The notes: generated by a model not told the origin, from the letters alone. Numbered from the stretch's first letter, positions 16,705-26,572 are shown. The stretch is DNA of 34,662 nucleotides from Verrucomicrobiota bacterium (GCA_027622665.1 JAQBYT010000040.1:1-34662), one strand, 5' to 3'. Made by a program: numbers and translations.

Positions 16705-19488
16705 CTATTGGATTTGCAGAAATTCGTGAGAACTAAGAAGGACCTGAGAATATTGAGACCACTTGGCAGGAGATTCTTCAGGAGACCCGAGAAAGGCGAG
16801 TCCGGCTTTTAGCTCAGGCGGTTCAACCGGGCGGTTAAAAAGGCGTTCGTAGGCAGCTTGTATACGATCTTCGTGATCGCCGAGCTCACTCAATTCTTTC
16901 GCTAAAGCTTCGGCTCGCTTAACCATAAAGGGACTATTCATCATGAACAAGTATTGCTGCGGGACGATGCTTTCCGAACGCTGAGCGCTGGTGGACTGTG
17001 GGGAGGGAAAGTCGAAGAGTCTCAAGAATGCATCTGACGCAAACCTATCGCCGCTTCGACTTATCTTGGAGTAAATCGTGCGGCGAGGTGAATTCAAAAT
17101 GTTTGTGGTGGGGGGGCCTCCGATGGTGTCGTCCAGTTCGCCACTCGCAAAGAGAAGGCTGTCTCGCCAGTTCTCAACGTCGAGCTTGCGCGGGTTCATT
17201 CGCCAGATCAGTCGGTTGTCGCCATCTTGAGCAAACTTTACGGCGTCGTGAGCACTACTCATTTGCCAAGTGGCGGAAAGCATAATCCGGCGATGCAAAG
17301 CCTTCATCGACCACCCTTCGGCCATAAACTGGTTGGCCAACCAATCAAGCAATTTGGGATGAGTTGGTTTTTCGCCGAGAGAACCGAAGTTGCTTGGGGA
17401 GAGCACCAAGGCTTTACCGAAATGCCATTGCCAAATCCGGTTAACCATCACCCGGGAGGTAAGCGGATTAGTTGGATCGACCACGGACTCGGCAAGCTCG
17501 AGACGGCCACTGCCTTCAGTGTACGGACCGGCATCGTCGCCTGCGAGTACTCGAAGGAATTTCCGTGGCGCAATCTCCCCCTTCTTGGCGAGATCACCTC
17601 GAAGGGCGACATTCATGTCGCCACTCCCGCCTTCGGCCAGTACGTGGGCGGAAGCCGGCTTAGGTGGGGACGACTTCTTCAGCTTGTCCAGGGCTACCTG
17701 ATACTCCTTCTGCTTGGCCTTGGTACCATCCCCCATCTCGTTCACATTGCCAATTTTGCAGGGACCGTTTCTAAGGTGGTTCAAAAAGGCCTCATCTTCC
17801 TTGGATCCTCTGGGTCTACCAGGTTTCTTGTCGGATGCGGCAATCTGGGAACGCCACTCGATCTCCTTCTCCTCAAGCGCCTTCAACACGACGTCCACTT
17901 TCTTTGTTAAGCGGTTGGCCGAGGCAACGATTTCTCGTTCGGTCGCTTCCGTACCCTCCTTCATTGGCAACTTGTCGAACCAAACCTCGAGAGGCGAGAA
18001 CTTGGCTCGGTTACGGATGTCCTTCAAGGTTCTTTCCCATAGTTCAAGACGCTTTGCATCCAATCCCTTTTCGGTGGCGTATTTGTTTCGATCCGAAATT
18101 CCCGTCAGAAGGGTTCGTTGACCGTGATATTTATAAAGCTCGATCAAGTATTTTTCCGAATTTCGCATTAAAAGCCGCATGGCTGTTTCACGAACGTCGT
18201 CCGACCAAAACCTCATTTCAGTTTCCTTCGCCTTGATGGCGACTTGAGCGTCGTTATATGCCTTGAACTCCTCGGGTGACCCGACGTTGGCAGTAGTGAT
18301 TCGCGTATTGTTGAAGATGCCGGCAAGGGCGTAATAGTCCTTTATTGTGATAGGGTCGAATTTATGATCGTGGCAGCGAGCGCAAGCGACCGTCAAACCA
18401 AGAAAGGCTCTGGAAAAAGTGTCCACTCGGTCACTGAGAGTTTCAGCCTTGGCTGCGTTCGTGGCTTCGGCATCGCCACCGTCTCCTTTGTAGGTAGGGC
18501 CAATTGCAAAAAACCCCGTGGCCAAAGCATCATTGTTCGACTTCAAGACATCGCCCGCTATCTGCCGGCGAACGAATTCGTCGTAAGGCATGTCGTCGTT
18601 GAGCGCCTTCACCACCCAGTCGCGATAGCGCCAAGCATTAGGCAAATCCTGACCATCTCCGAAACCTCCCAAGCCATCACTGTAACGAGCCACGTCCAAC
18701 CAGTGCCTGCCCCAGCGTTCACCATAGCGTTTGGAATCGAGCAGGCGATCGACCACCTTGGCAAAAGCGCTGGGAGAAGAATCGTGCAGAAACGCCTTCA
18801 CTTCCACAGGTGTGGGTGGCAATCCGATCAGGTCGAGAAAGGCTCTGCGTATCAAGACTCGCTTGCTCGACTGAGGATTAGGGGAAAGGTTTGCTTCCTC
18901 CAGTCGAGCGAGGACAAAACTATCGAGGTCGCCTCGGGGCCAGTCCTGTTGCTTAACCGTTGGGGCGGGTTGCTTGGACACAGGCTTGAAAGACCAATGT
19001 TCCTTGCGGAATTTGTCCCAATCGTAAGGCTCCTCCAAATCAGGAGACGTAATCAATATTTCGCCCTCGAACCCAGGCCAAGGGGCTCCCATCTTCACCC
19101 AGTCCTCCAAGACTTTCACCTCGATAGGCTTGAGTGGTTTCTTCGGAGGCATCGCCATGTCCTCGTTGCGATAGCGAACGGCCTCTATGATTCGGCTTTT
19201 ATCCAATTCGTTGGGAACGAGAGCAGGTCCGGACTCTCCGCCCTGTAGCAATCCCTTGAGATTGGTAAGGTCGAGGCCTGCCTTCGGCTTCTTCTCGGAC
19301 TCCCCACCATGGCAACGAAAGCAATTGTCGGCGAGTAAAGGCCTAACCTTGGATTCGAAGAAGGAGACTTGGTCCGGAGTGGCCTTGACCATCATCACCT
19401 TTTTCTCCGCAGGAGATCCACCGACGGAAAAGACGGCGAGGAGCAATCCTAGGGAGGAAAAGGAAGTAAGCTTCAGAAGACTCATCAC
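16705..19488 (-). CDS. Planctomycete cytochrome c + DUF1549 + DUF1553 protein
   Basis: FFESKVRPLLADNCFRCH (heme), YGERWGRHWLDVARY, CARCHDHKFDPI (heme), SGRLELA, PTHPKLLDWLA; start overlaps the iclR stop (GTGA). Confidence 0.93.
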   Translation of the reverse strand: MMSLLKLTSFSSLGLLLAVFSVGGSPAEKKVMMVKATPDQVSFFESKVRPLLADNCFRCHGGESEKKPKAGLDLTNLKGLLQGGESGPALVPNELDKSRIIEAVRYRNEDMAMPPKKPLKPIEVKVLEDWVKMGAPWPGFEGEILITSPDLEEPYDWDKFRKEHWSFKPVSKQPAPTVKQQDWPRGDLDSFVLARLEEANLSPNPQSSKRVLIRRAFLDLIGLPPTPVEVKAFLHDSSPSAFAKVVDRLLDSKRYGERWGRHWLDVARYSDGLGGFGDGQDLPNAWRYRDWVVKALNDDMPYDEFVRRQIAGDVLKSNNDALATGFFAIGPTYKGDGGDAEATNAAKAETLSDRVDTFSRAFLGLTVACARCHDHKFDPITIKDYYALAGIFNNTRITTANVGSPEEFKAYNDAQVAIKAKETEMRFWSDDVRETAMRLLMRNSEKYLIELYKYHGQRTLLTGISDRNKYATEKGLDAKRLELWERTLKDIRNRAKFSPLEVWFDKLPMKEGTEATEREIVASANRLTKKVDVVLKALEEKEIEWRSQIAASDKKPGRPRGSKEDEAFLNHLRNGPCKIGNVNEMGDGTKAKQKEYQVALDKLKKSSPPKPASAHVLAEGGSGDMNVALRGDLAKKGEIAPRKFLRVLAGDDAGPYTEGSGRLELAESVVDPTNPLTSRVMVNRIWQWHFGKALVLSPSNFGSLGEKPTHPKLLDWLANQFMAEGWSMKALHRRIMLSATWQMSSAHDAVKFAQDGDNRLIWRMNPRKLDVENWRDSLLFASGELDDTIGGPPTTNILNSPRRTIYSKISRSGDRFASDAFLRLFDFPSPQSTSAQRSESIVPQQYLFMMNSPFMVKRAEALAKELSELGDHEDRIQAAYERLFNRPVEPPELKAGLAFLGSPEESPAKWSQYSQVLLSSHEFLQIQ

Positions 19489-20267
19489 TTCAACAGACGT
19501 TCCCTGATTTCCCGGGCAACCTTCAAGCAGGATTGCCCCGCTTCATCCAAGTGCTCTGCCTTCAGTCGAAATGCAGGCGCTATTACCGTAACCGCACCGA
19601 CGGGATAATGAAAATCGTCAAGAATCACAGCTGCCGCGCAGTGAATGCCCTCCAACCCTTCGGCAAGATCGAGTGCATAACCGCGTTCCCGCGTAAGAGC
19701 TAAATCCACCCGCAACTTTTTTTCCGTCGAATGGGTCGTGGCTGTGAATCTCTTAAAGATTATACGGGAAAAATACTCATCAAGTTCGGTCTCGGCCAAG
19801 TTGGACAGGATCGCCTTGCCGGGGGCGCAGGAATACATTGGCACTCGAAAACCCACCTTGCCGGAAACCTTGATCGACTGGCTCGATTCGCATTGCTCCA
19901 GCACGACCGCCTTGTCGTCAACCATCGTTAGCAATTGCGAGGTTTCGCCGAGTTCGTCGCGCAATTTCCGTAGTGAATCCCAAGCCGAAACGACAAGACT
20001 CTTATCGTGAACTTGTGGACGAGTAAGCTCAGCCACACGATTGGTCAGGGTGTAACGGCGATCGTCTTCTCGGCGATACAGCCAGCCCCGCCGGTGCATG
20101 GTATCTACGATGCGACCGACGGAATTGAGGGGTAATCCCAAGGAACGACCGATCTCACTAGCGGAACGACCGTTTCGGTAACCACCCAGGTATTCCAGAA
20201 TCGCCAAGGTGCGATCCGTACCAGGGGCTGAGACATCATCTTGAATCAAAATATTTTGCTTATTCAT
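19485..20267 (-). CDS. IclR family transcriptional regulator
   Basis: N-terminal HTH (DRTLAILEYL...SEIGRSLGLP) and IclR effector domain (PMYSCAPGKAIL, RERGYALD, EGIHCAAA); likely start ATG 20267 (MNKQN). Confidence 0.9.
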   Translation of the reverse strand: MNKQNILIQDDVSAPGTDRTLAILEYLGGYRNGRSASEIGRSLGLPLNSVGRIVDTMHRRGWLYRREDDRRYTLTNRVAELTRPQVHDKSLVVSAWDSLRKLRDELGETSQLLTMVDDKAVVLEQCESSQSIKVSGKVGFRVPMYSCAPGKAILSNLAETELDEYFSRIIFKRFTATTHSTEKKLRVDLALTRERGYALDLAEGLEGIHCAAAVILDDFHYPVGAVTVIAPAFRLKAEHLDEAGQSCLKVAREIRERLLK

Positions 20268-20274
20268 AAAGGGA

Positions 20275-20306
20275 TTCCCCATATGGAATAATATCCGAAT
20301 ATGGAA
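20275..20306. promoter_or_regulatory. Tandem candidate IclR operators
   Basis: TTCC-CCATAT-GGAA (20275-20288) and ATCC-GAATAT-GGAA (20293-20306), just upstream of the iclR start in the divergent intergenic region. Confidence 0.6.
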
Positions 20307-20409
20307 AGCTGCGGACAAACTCAAGAGATATCATTGAATTTTTGTCTTTTCATTTAGATCCCTTGCTTGTTGTCTTGCACCCTTTTTGAAACTAACCCGC
20401 AATGCGCAA

Positions 20410-21264
20410 ATGACTAAAGAGCTAAATTTTAAACAAGAATTAACCGCTGCATTCGGACAGCCCATTTCCGAAAACCCCACGCAAGTAATGGTCGAGGCCG
20501 CCTATCGCCACCACGACTTGGATTGGCGGTACCTTACCATCGAAGTAGCCCCCGACGACCTCGAGGAAGCAGTGAAGGGCGCCAAAGCCATGGGCTTTCA
20601 AGGATTCAACTGCACCATCCCGCACAAGGTAAAGGTAATCGAGTACTTGGACGGGCTCGGCGAGTCCGCATCCCTCATGGGCGCCGTGAACTGCGTTGTT
20701 CGCCGAGAGGGTCAGTGGATCGGGGAAAACACCGACGGCAAGGGTTTCGTCGAATCCCTTCGTGAACTTACCGACCCCTCGGGCAAGAACGTGGTCATCT
20801 TCGGGGCAGGTGGCGCTGCTCGCGCAATAGGTGTTGAAGTCGCCCTCGCAGGGGCCTCCAAGATCACCATTGTCAACCGCACCGTCGATAGAGGAGAAGA
20901 GCTGACCAAACTCCTTGACGAAAAACTTCCCGTGGAGGCAGACTTCGTACCTTGGGATGGCGTATACGCCGCACCCGACGATACCGACGTTCTCATCAAC
21001 GCGACATCCATCGGTCTCTTTCCGGATGTGGACGCCCGACTCGCCCTCGACATAGACACCCTTCGCGAAGGAATGGTCGTGGCCGACGTCATTCCCAACC
21101 CTCCCGCCACAAATCTCGTTCGCGACGCCCGAGCCAAGGGCTGTAAAGTCATCGACGGCCTAGGGATGCTCGTTAATCAAGGCGTCATCGGTATTAGGCA
21201 CTGGACCGGCGTCGACCCCGATCCCGCCATTATGCGTGCAGCCCTCGAAGAAGTCTTTCGTTAA
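20410..21264 (+). CDS. Shikimate dehydrogenase-family (AroE-like) oxidoreductase with an atypical substrate pocket
   Basis: GFNCTIPHK, GAVNCV, NTDGKGF, GAGGAARA, NRTVDR, INATSIG, GLGMLVNQG; HSxSP is replaced by ENPTQ and DxxY by DVIP; likely start ATG 20410. Confidence 0.88.
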   Translation: MTKELNFKQELTAAFGQPISENPTQVMVEAAYRHHDLDWRYLTIEVAPDDLEEAVKGAKAMGFQGFNCTIPHKVKVIEYLDGLGESASLMGAVNCVVRREGQWIGENTDGKGFVESLRELTDPSGKNVVIFGAGGAARAIGVEVALAGASKITIVNRTVDRGEELTKLLDEKLPVEADFVPWDGVYAAPDDTDVLINATSIGLFPDVDARLALDIDTLREGMVVADVIPNPPATNLVRDARAKGCKVIDGLGMLVNQGVIGIRHWTGVDPDPAIMRAALEEVFR

Positions 21265-21299
21265 AACGAAAATCAAACCCCGCCACCGCACACCTCATT

Positions 21300-22535
21300 A
21301 TGAAACTCCTGCCACTTCTAGCTCTTGCAGTCTTGCTCATTATGCAAGGATGCGCCGCCACCTTCACCCTCTCTTCCTCGACTGACGATCCGGCCGGAAG
21401 CGAAACTCTCTTGTCTTCCACCGGTCACAAGAAATTCAAGACGAAGACTCCTTGGTGCGTAAGGCGGACCGTATTGCGCGGCGGCAAGCAGGAAGGCGTG
21501 GAACTCCTCACGATTGATAACGGCAACCTATCCATTCGCGTCATTCCAACACGCGGCATGGGCATCCTAGACGTCCGCAAGGGTGACGTTCGACTCGGTT
21601 GGGATTCGCCCGTCAAGGAAGTCGTGCACCCCTCTTTCGTGAATTTGGAAAGCCGCGGCGGTCTGGGTTGGTTGGAAGGTTTCAACGAGTGGATGGTTCG
21701 TTGCGGACTGGAATTCGCCGGGCATCCCGGTGAGGACGAGTTCGTGATCAACACCGGAGATACCGCCACTATGGACCTAACCCTGCACGGCAAGATCCAG
21801 AATGTGCCCGCGTCGAACTGGGAAGTCCTCGTCGATCCCAAGCCTCCTTACCGTATCCGGGTTCGTGGAACGGTTTACGAAAAATTCTTTTACGGTCCAA
21901 AGCTGAAGTTGCTCGCCGAAGTATCGACCGTTCCAGGGTCCGACAGTTTCCGGATTTCCGATACGGTGACCAACGAGGGAGCTTTCCCTCAGGAATTTCA
22001 GCTAATCTACCATGGAAACTATGGTTCCTCCATCCTCGAAGCCAACGCAACCGTGCTCACGCCTACCAAGAGCGTAACGCCCATGAACGCCCATGCCGGA
22101 GGAGCGATAGGGAACTGGGACACCTATGCAGGCCCCACGAAAGGCTTCATCGAGGAAGTTTATCTCTTCGAACCCATAGCGGACGTCGATGGAAAGGCGC
22201 ACGCCGTGCTCCGTAACGCAAAGGGCGATCTCGCCACCTCCCTCTCGTGGAACCTAACCGAGCTACCCTACCTCACCGTATGGAAAAACACCTCGGCATC
22301 CGAAGATGGCTACGTCACCGGTATTGAACCCGCCACGGGCTATCCTTTCAACCGCAAGGTGGAGCGAAAGTTCGGACGAGTCCCCAAGCTCGCCCCGGGA
22401 GAGTCCCGCTCCTTTACCTTGGACTACGGCATACACACGGGTGCCAAAGCGGTAAAAGCTCTTGCCGACAAGGTCTCCGCCATTCAAGGCGAAACCCCTG
22501 TCAAGGTGAACGAGGATCCGCCCAAGGTAGACTAA
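21300..22535 (+). CDS. DUF4432 / aldose 1-epimerase-family protein with a lipoprotein-like signal
   Basis: GGKQEGV, PTRGMGI, GWDSPVKEVVHP, GLGWLEGFNE, LTLHGKI, YH.NYG, YVTGIEPAT; N-terminus MKLLPLLALAVLLIMQG-C. Confidence 0.85.
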   Translation: MKLLPLLALAVLLIMQGCAATFTLSSSTDDPAGSETLLSSTGHKKFKTKTPWCVRRTVLRGGKQEGVELLTIDNGNLSIRVIPTRGMGILDVRKGDVRLGWDSPVKEVVHPSFVNLESRGGLGWLEGFNEWMVRCGLEFAGHPGEDEFVINTGDTATMDLTLHGKIQNVPASNWEVLVDPKPPYRIRVRGTVYEKFFYGPKLKLLAEVSTVPGSDSFRISDTVTNEGAFPQEFQLIYHGNYGSSILEANATVLTPTKSVTPMNAHAGGAIGNWDTYAGPTKGFIEEVYLFEPIADVDGKAHAVLRNAKGDLATSLSWNLTELPYLTVWKNTSASEDGYVTGIEPATGYPFNRKVERKFGRVPKLAPGESRSFTLDYGIHTGAKAVKALADKVSAIQGETPVKVNEDPPKVD

Positions 22536-22767
22536 AAACCGAAGGCGTACAACGCATTCGACATCGTTTCAGCTGAACGATACAAGGCGAAACGATCCCT
22601 GTGGTCATGGCTAGAACCTCGGCGAGGTTGTAGGTTGTGCACCGATCCTCCCTTGATCTAATAAGGGAAAATCTTACATAATTTGCTTTTCAGATACGTT
22701 CCGGCTAGTTCCCGAAATTCCAATTTTCATAATGGTAGAATTTGTTTCATGATGCGAAAGTGCATTT

Positions 22768-23137
22768 GTGAACGCTGAGCTACTGTCGACACTGATCGAA
22801 CTTTCGGCCAAAAAAAAGAGAGGCTTCCCATGGGAACGAAACTTTGGCGCCTTTCATTGGAGATAGCCTGCCCATCAAGGGCACTTTCATTTCCAGTTCG
22901 AAAACTTTCGCCAGTCGCTACGACAAGAACTATGAGGACGGACAAACAATTATTGCCCTCGTCGGCGAAGATAAGGTCGAAGGGGTCATCCTTATCCACT
23001 CCGACAAGAATGGGACTGATGATCATGTTTCCCTGCTACCCCTGAGTTCGGGCCAGAGTCTCGAGGTTGAGGTCAATGTCCTCGGATTCAAAGCACTCCA
23101 TCAACGGGTGACCTTCGGCGACGTTTTTCCCGAGTAA
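22768..23137 (+). pseudogene. Hypothetical gene frameshifted at an A8 run
   Basis: GTG 22768 gives MNAELLSTLIELSAKK; deleting one A from 22810-22817 joins it to REASHGNETLAPFIGDSLPIKGTF...GDVFPE* (the frame of ORF 22844-23137). Confidence 0.5.
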
Positions 23138-23193
23138 CTCAAAGCGCCTACGAGTTCCCAAGTTGTACACCAGCGACGATTCGTGCGCCGTGA

Positions 23194-23451
23194 CTTTCCT
23201 GCCTCGGGAAGGAAGGAAGGAAGGAAGGAAGGAAGGAAGAAAGAAATCGCGACCGAGACGAGGATTCGGAAGAAAGTGAGGGCAGGAAATTTCTTTTCAC
23301 TCCGTCGAAATCCAATAATCTTGGTTGCCGACCACAGTTTGACGGTTCGGGCAGTAAATATCTCTGGTGGTTCATTCACCTCGTGCTTCTCGCTCTGGTG
23401 GCGTTCATCGTTGGAGACGTAATCGGCACCTTCACGAAGCCGTCCGATTGA
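23194..23451 (+). pseudogene. Start-less frame encoding a small single-TM protein C-terminus
   Basis: The frame after TGA 23191-23193 runs through the repeat to ...DEDSEESEGRKFLF...GSKYLWWFIHLVLLALVAFIVGDVIGTFTKPSD* with no start codon upstream of the TM segment. Confidence 0.5.
23207..23246 (+). repeat. Tetranucleotide simple sequence repeat (GGAA)8 followed by (GAAA)2
   Basis: Eight perfect GGAA units at 23207-23238, counted directly. Confidence 0.95.
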
Positions 23452-23479
23452 GAGGCATTGGGAAGGGACGAGAGAAGAT

Positions 23480-24403
23480 CTATGTCAGGAGTTCAACATA
23501 GTCGCTGAAATCTCTAGGAACAGGGGCTTCCACAGTCATCGACTCACCACTTGTGGGGTGAATGAAACTTAGCTTTTGAGCATGAAGCAAAACTCGAGGT
23601 GGAGGGGGAATCTTTGATCGAGCGGGCTTGAAACCATATTTTTCGTCGCCAACAACAGGATGACCAAGCGAACTGAGGTGAACGCGAATTTGGTGCGTAC
23701 GACCGGTATGAATGCGGCATCGGAGGAGAGATGCCAGATCACCAAAGCCATTAACCCTCTCCCAGGCGGTATGAGCGGGCTTGCCGTTCTCCACTACCGC
23801 CATCTTTACGCGGATGGCGGGATGTCGACCGATGGGCAGAGTGACGCTGCCGGATTTTTCGCGAGGAACCCCTAAAACCAAGGCCAAGTATTCCTTCCCT
23901 GTCTCCCGATTGGCAAACTGCTTCACCAGGGCGTGGTGAACGGGGTCGGTCTTGGCGACAACTATGGCACCGCTGGTGTCCTTGTCCAATCGATGAACGA
24001 TGCCGGGGCGCACCGGGGCGCCTACCGTACTCAGTTTTTCGTCGCAATGATGAAGCAGAGCGTGAACTAAAGTGTCTTCGCCCGTGCCGTCTCCGGGATG
24101 CACCACCATGCCCGATGGTTTATCGACGACAACAAGGCTTTCGTCCTCGTAAAGAATCCCGATGGGCAAATCGACGGGCCGAAGACCGGGAATGGGTTCA
24201 GGGGAAAGATCGACAAGGAGAACTTCACCCGGATGAAGTTTCTTCTTGGGTTCCAGACTGTCACCGTTCTCGCGACGCACCTTTCCACTTTCAATGAAGC
24301 GTTGAATGGCTACCCTACTAACTTCGGGGTAATGTGCAGCGAGAATCTTATCCACCCGAGCGGGAGTGGAGTCTTCGGGAACAATGAAAGTCTGTTCAGG
24401 CAT
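23480..24403 (-). CDS. rluD: 23S rRNA pseudouridine synthase RluD-like (RluA family with S4 domain)
   Basis: S4 N-terminus (RVDKILA...SR), VVDKPSGMVVHP, GIVHRLDKDTSG, TGRTHQIRVH, GD..YG. Confidence 0.9.
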   Translation of the reverse strand: MPEQTFIVPEDSTPARVDKILAAHYPEVSRVAIQRFIESGKVRRENGDSLEPKKKLHPGEVLLVDLSPEPIPGLRPVDLPIGILYEDESLVVVDKPSGMVVHPGDGTGEDTLVHALLHHCDEKLSTVGAPVRPGIVHRLDKDTSGAIVVAKTDPVHHALVKQFANRETGKEYLALVLGVPREKSGSVTLPIGRHPAIRVKMAVVENGKPAHTAWERVNGFGDLASLLRCRIHTGRTHQIRVHLSSLGHPVVGDEKYGFKPARSKIPPPPRVLLHAQKLSFIHPTSGESMTVEAPVPRDFSDYVELLT

Positions 24404-24409
24404 GTCGCT

Positions 24410-25408
24410 CTAGCCGGCAGATGCCAATCGATCGATATCGATGAGAGCTTGGTTCCGGAGGTCATCCTCGACGTCGGCCACTTCAAATCCGTTCTTGGCG
24501 ATTTGGGCAAGTTCCGCAGCAGTGAAGGCGAGATACTCGGCCAAGGCTTCGTATTCATCCGTTAGGGAGTTGCCGAAGGAGAAGGTGTCGTCCGTACTGA
24601 GGGTACAGCGAATGCCTTGATCGAAGAAAAACCTTACGGGGTGCTCCTTCATGGACGGAACGACCTGTAGCTTGAGATTGCTGATGGGACAAAGGTCGAG
24701 GGTGGCGTCGACTTCCTTCAGCAAGTCCACTACGGAGTCGTCCCCAAAAGCTCTTGTGCCATGTTGGATGCGACGAACGTTTAATTTCTCGATGGCTTCG
24801 CGAATATTGCCGGCAGGACCAAATTCGCCGGCGTGAGCTTTTAAAGTCCTGCCGTTTGACGCAGCTTTGCTCCAGAGCTTCGGAGTCCAGTCTCCCATGG
24901 GAAGACTCTCGAGACCGTGAAGGTCGATCCCCGCGAGGTTGTCCCATGACTCGACGGCATACTCCAGAATTGGGCCGAGGAGAGGAGTGTAGGCGTTGCG
25001 ACTGATGCCGAGAAAAACGCGTACCTCTAATCCGGGAGGTGCGGCGGAACGAATAGCCTCGAGCACTTCTTCTCCGGAAATACCGAGAAGTTCGATTATT
25101 CCTGCGTGAAAGCTAGTTTCGACATAGCGTACGTTTTGCTCGAGGTGCCGGGCAAACACAACTTTTGCTGCTTCGTGGTAACGATCGGGAGTCGTGAACC
25201 ATCGAATGGCGTGCTCGATGAGGATGCGTTCGAATTCCTCGAAGGAGTCGTAGCGAAAATCATCGGCCCAAAAATGAGGCGGAACGGAAAACTCGTCGGG
25301 GTGAAGATCGTGAAGGAGTTCCCAAGGAAGGCATCCCTCGATATGGAGATGAGTCTCGGTCTTTGGCAGGGCTCGAATGAAAGCCTTGTCGGCGAGATCC
25401 AGAGCCAT
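24410..25408 (-). CDS. add: Adenosine/adenine deaminase family protein
   Basis: [25 protein letters not shown] and STDD metal/catalytic motifs. Confidence 0.88.
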   Translation of the reverse strand: MALDLADKAFIRALPKTETHLHIEGCLPWELLHDLHPDEFSVPPHFWADDFRYDSFEEFERILIEHAIRWFTTPDRYHEAAKVVFARHLEQNVRYVETSFHAGIIELLGISGEEVLEAIRSAAPPGLEVRVFLGISRNAYTPLLGPILEYAVESWDNLAGIDLHGLESLPMGDWTPKLWSKAASNGRTLKAHAGEFGPAGNIREAIEKLNVRRIQHGTRAFGDDSVVDLLKEVDATLDLCPISNLKLQVVPSMKEHPVRFFFDQGIRCTLSTDDTFSFGNSLTDEYEALAEYLAFTAAELAQIAKNGFEVADVEDDLRNQALIDIDRLASAG

Positions 25409-25425
25409 GGAACGGGAAAAAGGAG

Positions 25426-26547
25426 TCAGGAACTCTCGGCGAGGAGATACTCGGGGTTGAGCTTTTGCAGGTCGTCGGGAACAAATTGACCATCCTTGCG
25501 GATGAGCTCGCCATCAAAAAGGATTTCTCCGCCACCGTAATCTGAGCGTTGAATGCAAACCATGTCCCAGTGCACTTGGGATTGGTTGCCGTTATCGGCT
25601 TCTTCGTAGGCTTGCCCGGGAGTAAAATGGAAGGAACCTGCGATCTTCTCGTCGAAGAGGATGTCGAGCATGGGTTCGGTGACCTTCGGGTTGAAGGCGA
25701 TCGCGAATTCCCCGATGTAGCGAGCGCCTTCGTCAGAATCCAAAATTTCATTTAGCTTGGTCTCGTTGGAGTCGGATGTCGCTTCGATGACTTTTCCATT
25801 CTCGAATGCGAGACGAACATTGGAAAAGGCAGTACCTTGGTAAATGGTATCTGCATTGAAATTGACGTGACCTTCCACGCTGTCGCGCACGGGACAAGAA
25901 AACACCTCGCCATCGGGGATGTTGTGGGTTCCGCCACAGGCAACTGCATTGATGCCCTTGATCGAAAACCTGAGATCGGTGCCTTGACCGATAATTTGCA
26001 CCTTGTCCGCCTCGGCCATGCGCCTTTCGAGCACTGCCATTCCCTCGGTCATAAGAGAGTAGTCCATGCAGCAAGCGTCGAAAAAGAAATCCTCGAATGT
26101 CCCCGTACTCATGCGAGCTTGCTGGGCCATCGATGGCGTAGGCCAGCGGAGTACGCACCACTTGGTCTTCTTTACGCGCCAATCGAGAACGGGCTTCAGG
26201 ATGCGTATGGCTTTCTTCAAGTCCTCTTGAGGCAAGTCGGAGGTTTCAAAGACATTTGCCGCACCTCGGAGAGCAATGTAGGCATCCATGCCCTTCATGC
26301 GGTCCATTTCCCAGGAAAGGGCAGACTCGAACTGCTCGTCCGCACCTCCGAGAATCCATTCCCTGTCAATGCGCGCGTGCTGCAACTGAACGAAGGGAAT
26401 GGCTCCTCTTGCCCGGACAGCCCGCACGAGAGCGAGAGTCATCTCATGAGGAACGTCAAAGGCATGTATGAGCGCTTTTTCTCCTTTTTCGAGTTTCGTG
26501 GAATGAGAAACAACGTTGGCTGCAAGAATTTCGTATCGAGGATCCAT
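25426..26547 (-). CDS. Aminopeptidase, peptidase M29 (AmpS/AmpT-like)
   Basis: [40 protein letters not shown]. Confidence 0.92.
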   Translation of the reverse strand: MDPRYEILAANVVSHSTKLEKGEKALIHAFDVPHEMTLALVRAVRARGAIPFVQLQHARIDREWILGGADEQFESALSWEMDRMKGMDAYIALRGAANVFETSDLPQEDLKKAIRILKPVLDWRVKKTKWCVLRWPTPSMAQQARMSTGTFEDFFFDACCMDYSLMTEGMAVLERRMAEADKVQIIGQGTDLRFSIKGINAVACGGTHNIPDGEVFSCPVRDSVEGHVNFNADTIYQGTAFSNVRLAFENGKVIEATSDSNETKLNEILDSDEGARYIGEFAIAFNPKVTEPMLDILFDEKIAGSFHFTPGQAYEEADNGNQSQVHWDMVCIQRSDYGGGEILFDGELIRKDGQFVPDDLQKLNPEYLLAESS

Positions 26548-26572
26548 ATAAAGTAAGAAAGTTGATGCGAAA

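Noticed and set aside
22810..22818. A_AAA_AAG programmed -1 frameshift site
   Set aside because: A -1 shift leads into a non-protein-like frame; the plausible product needs loss of one base instead.
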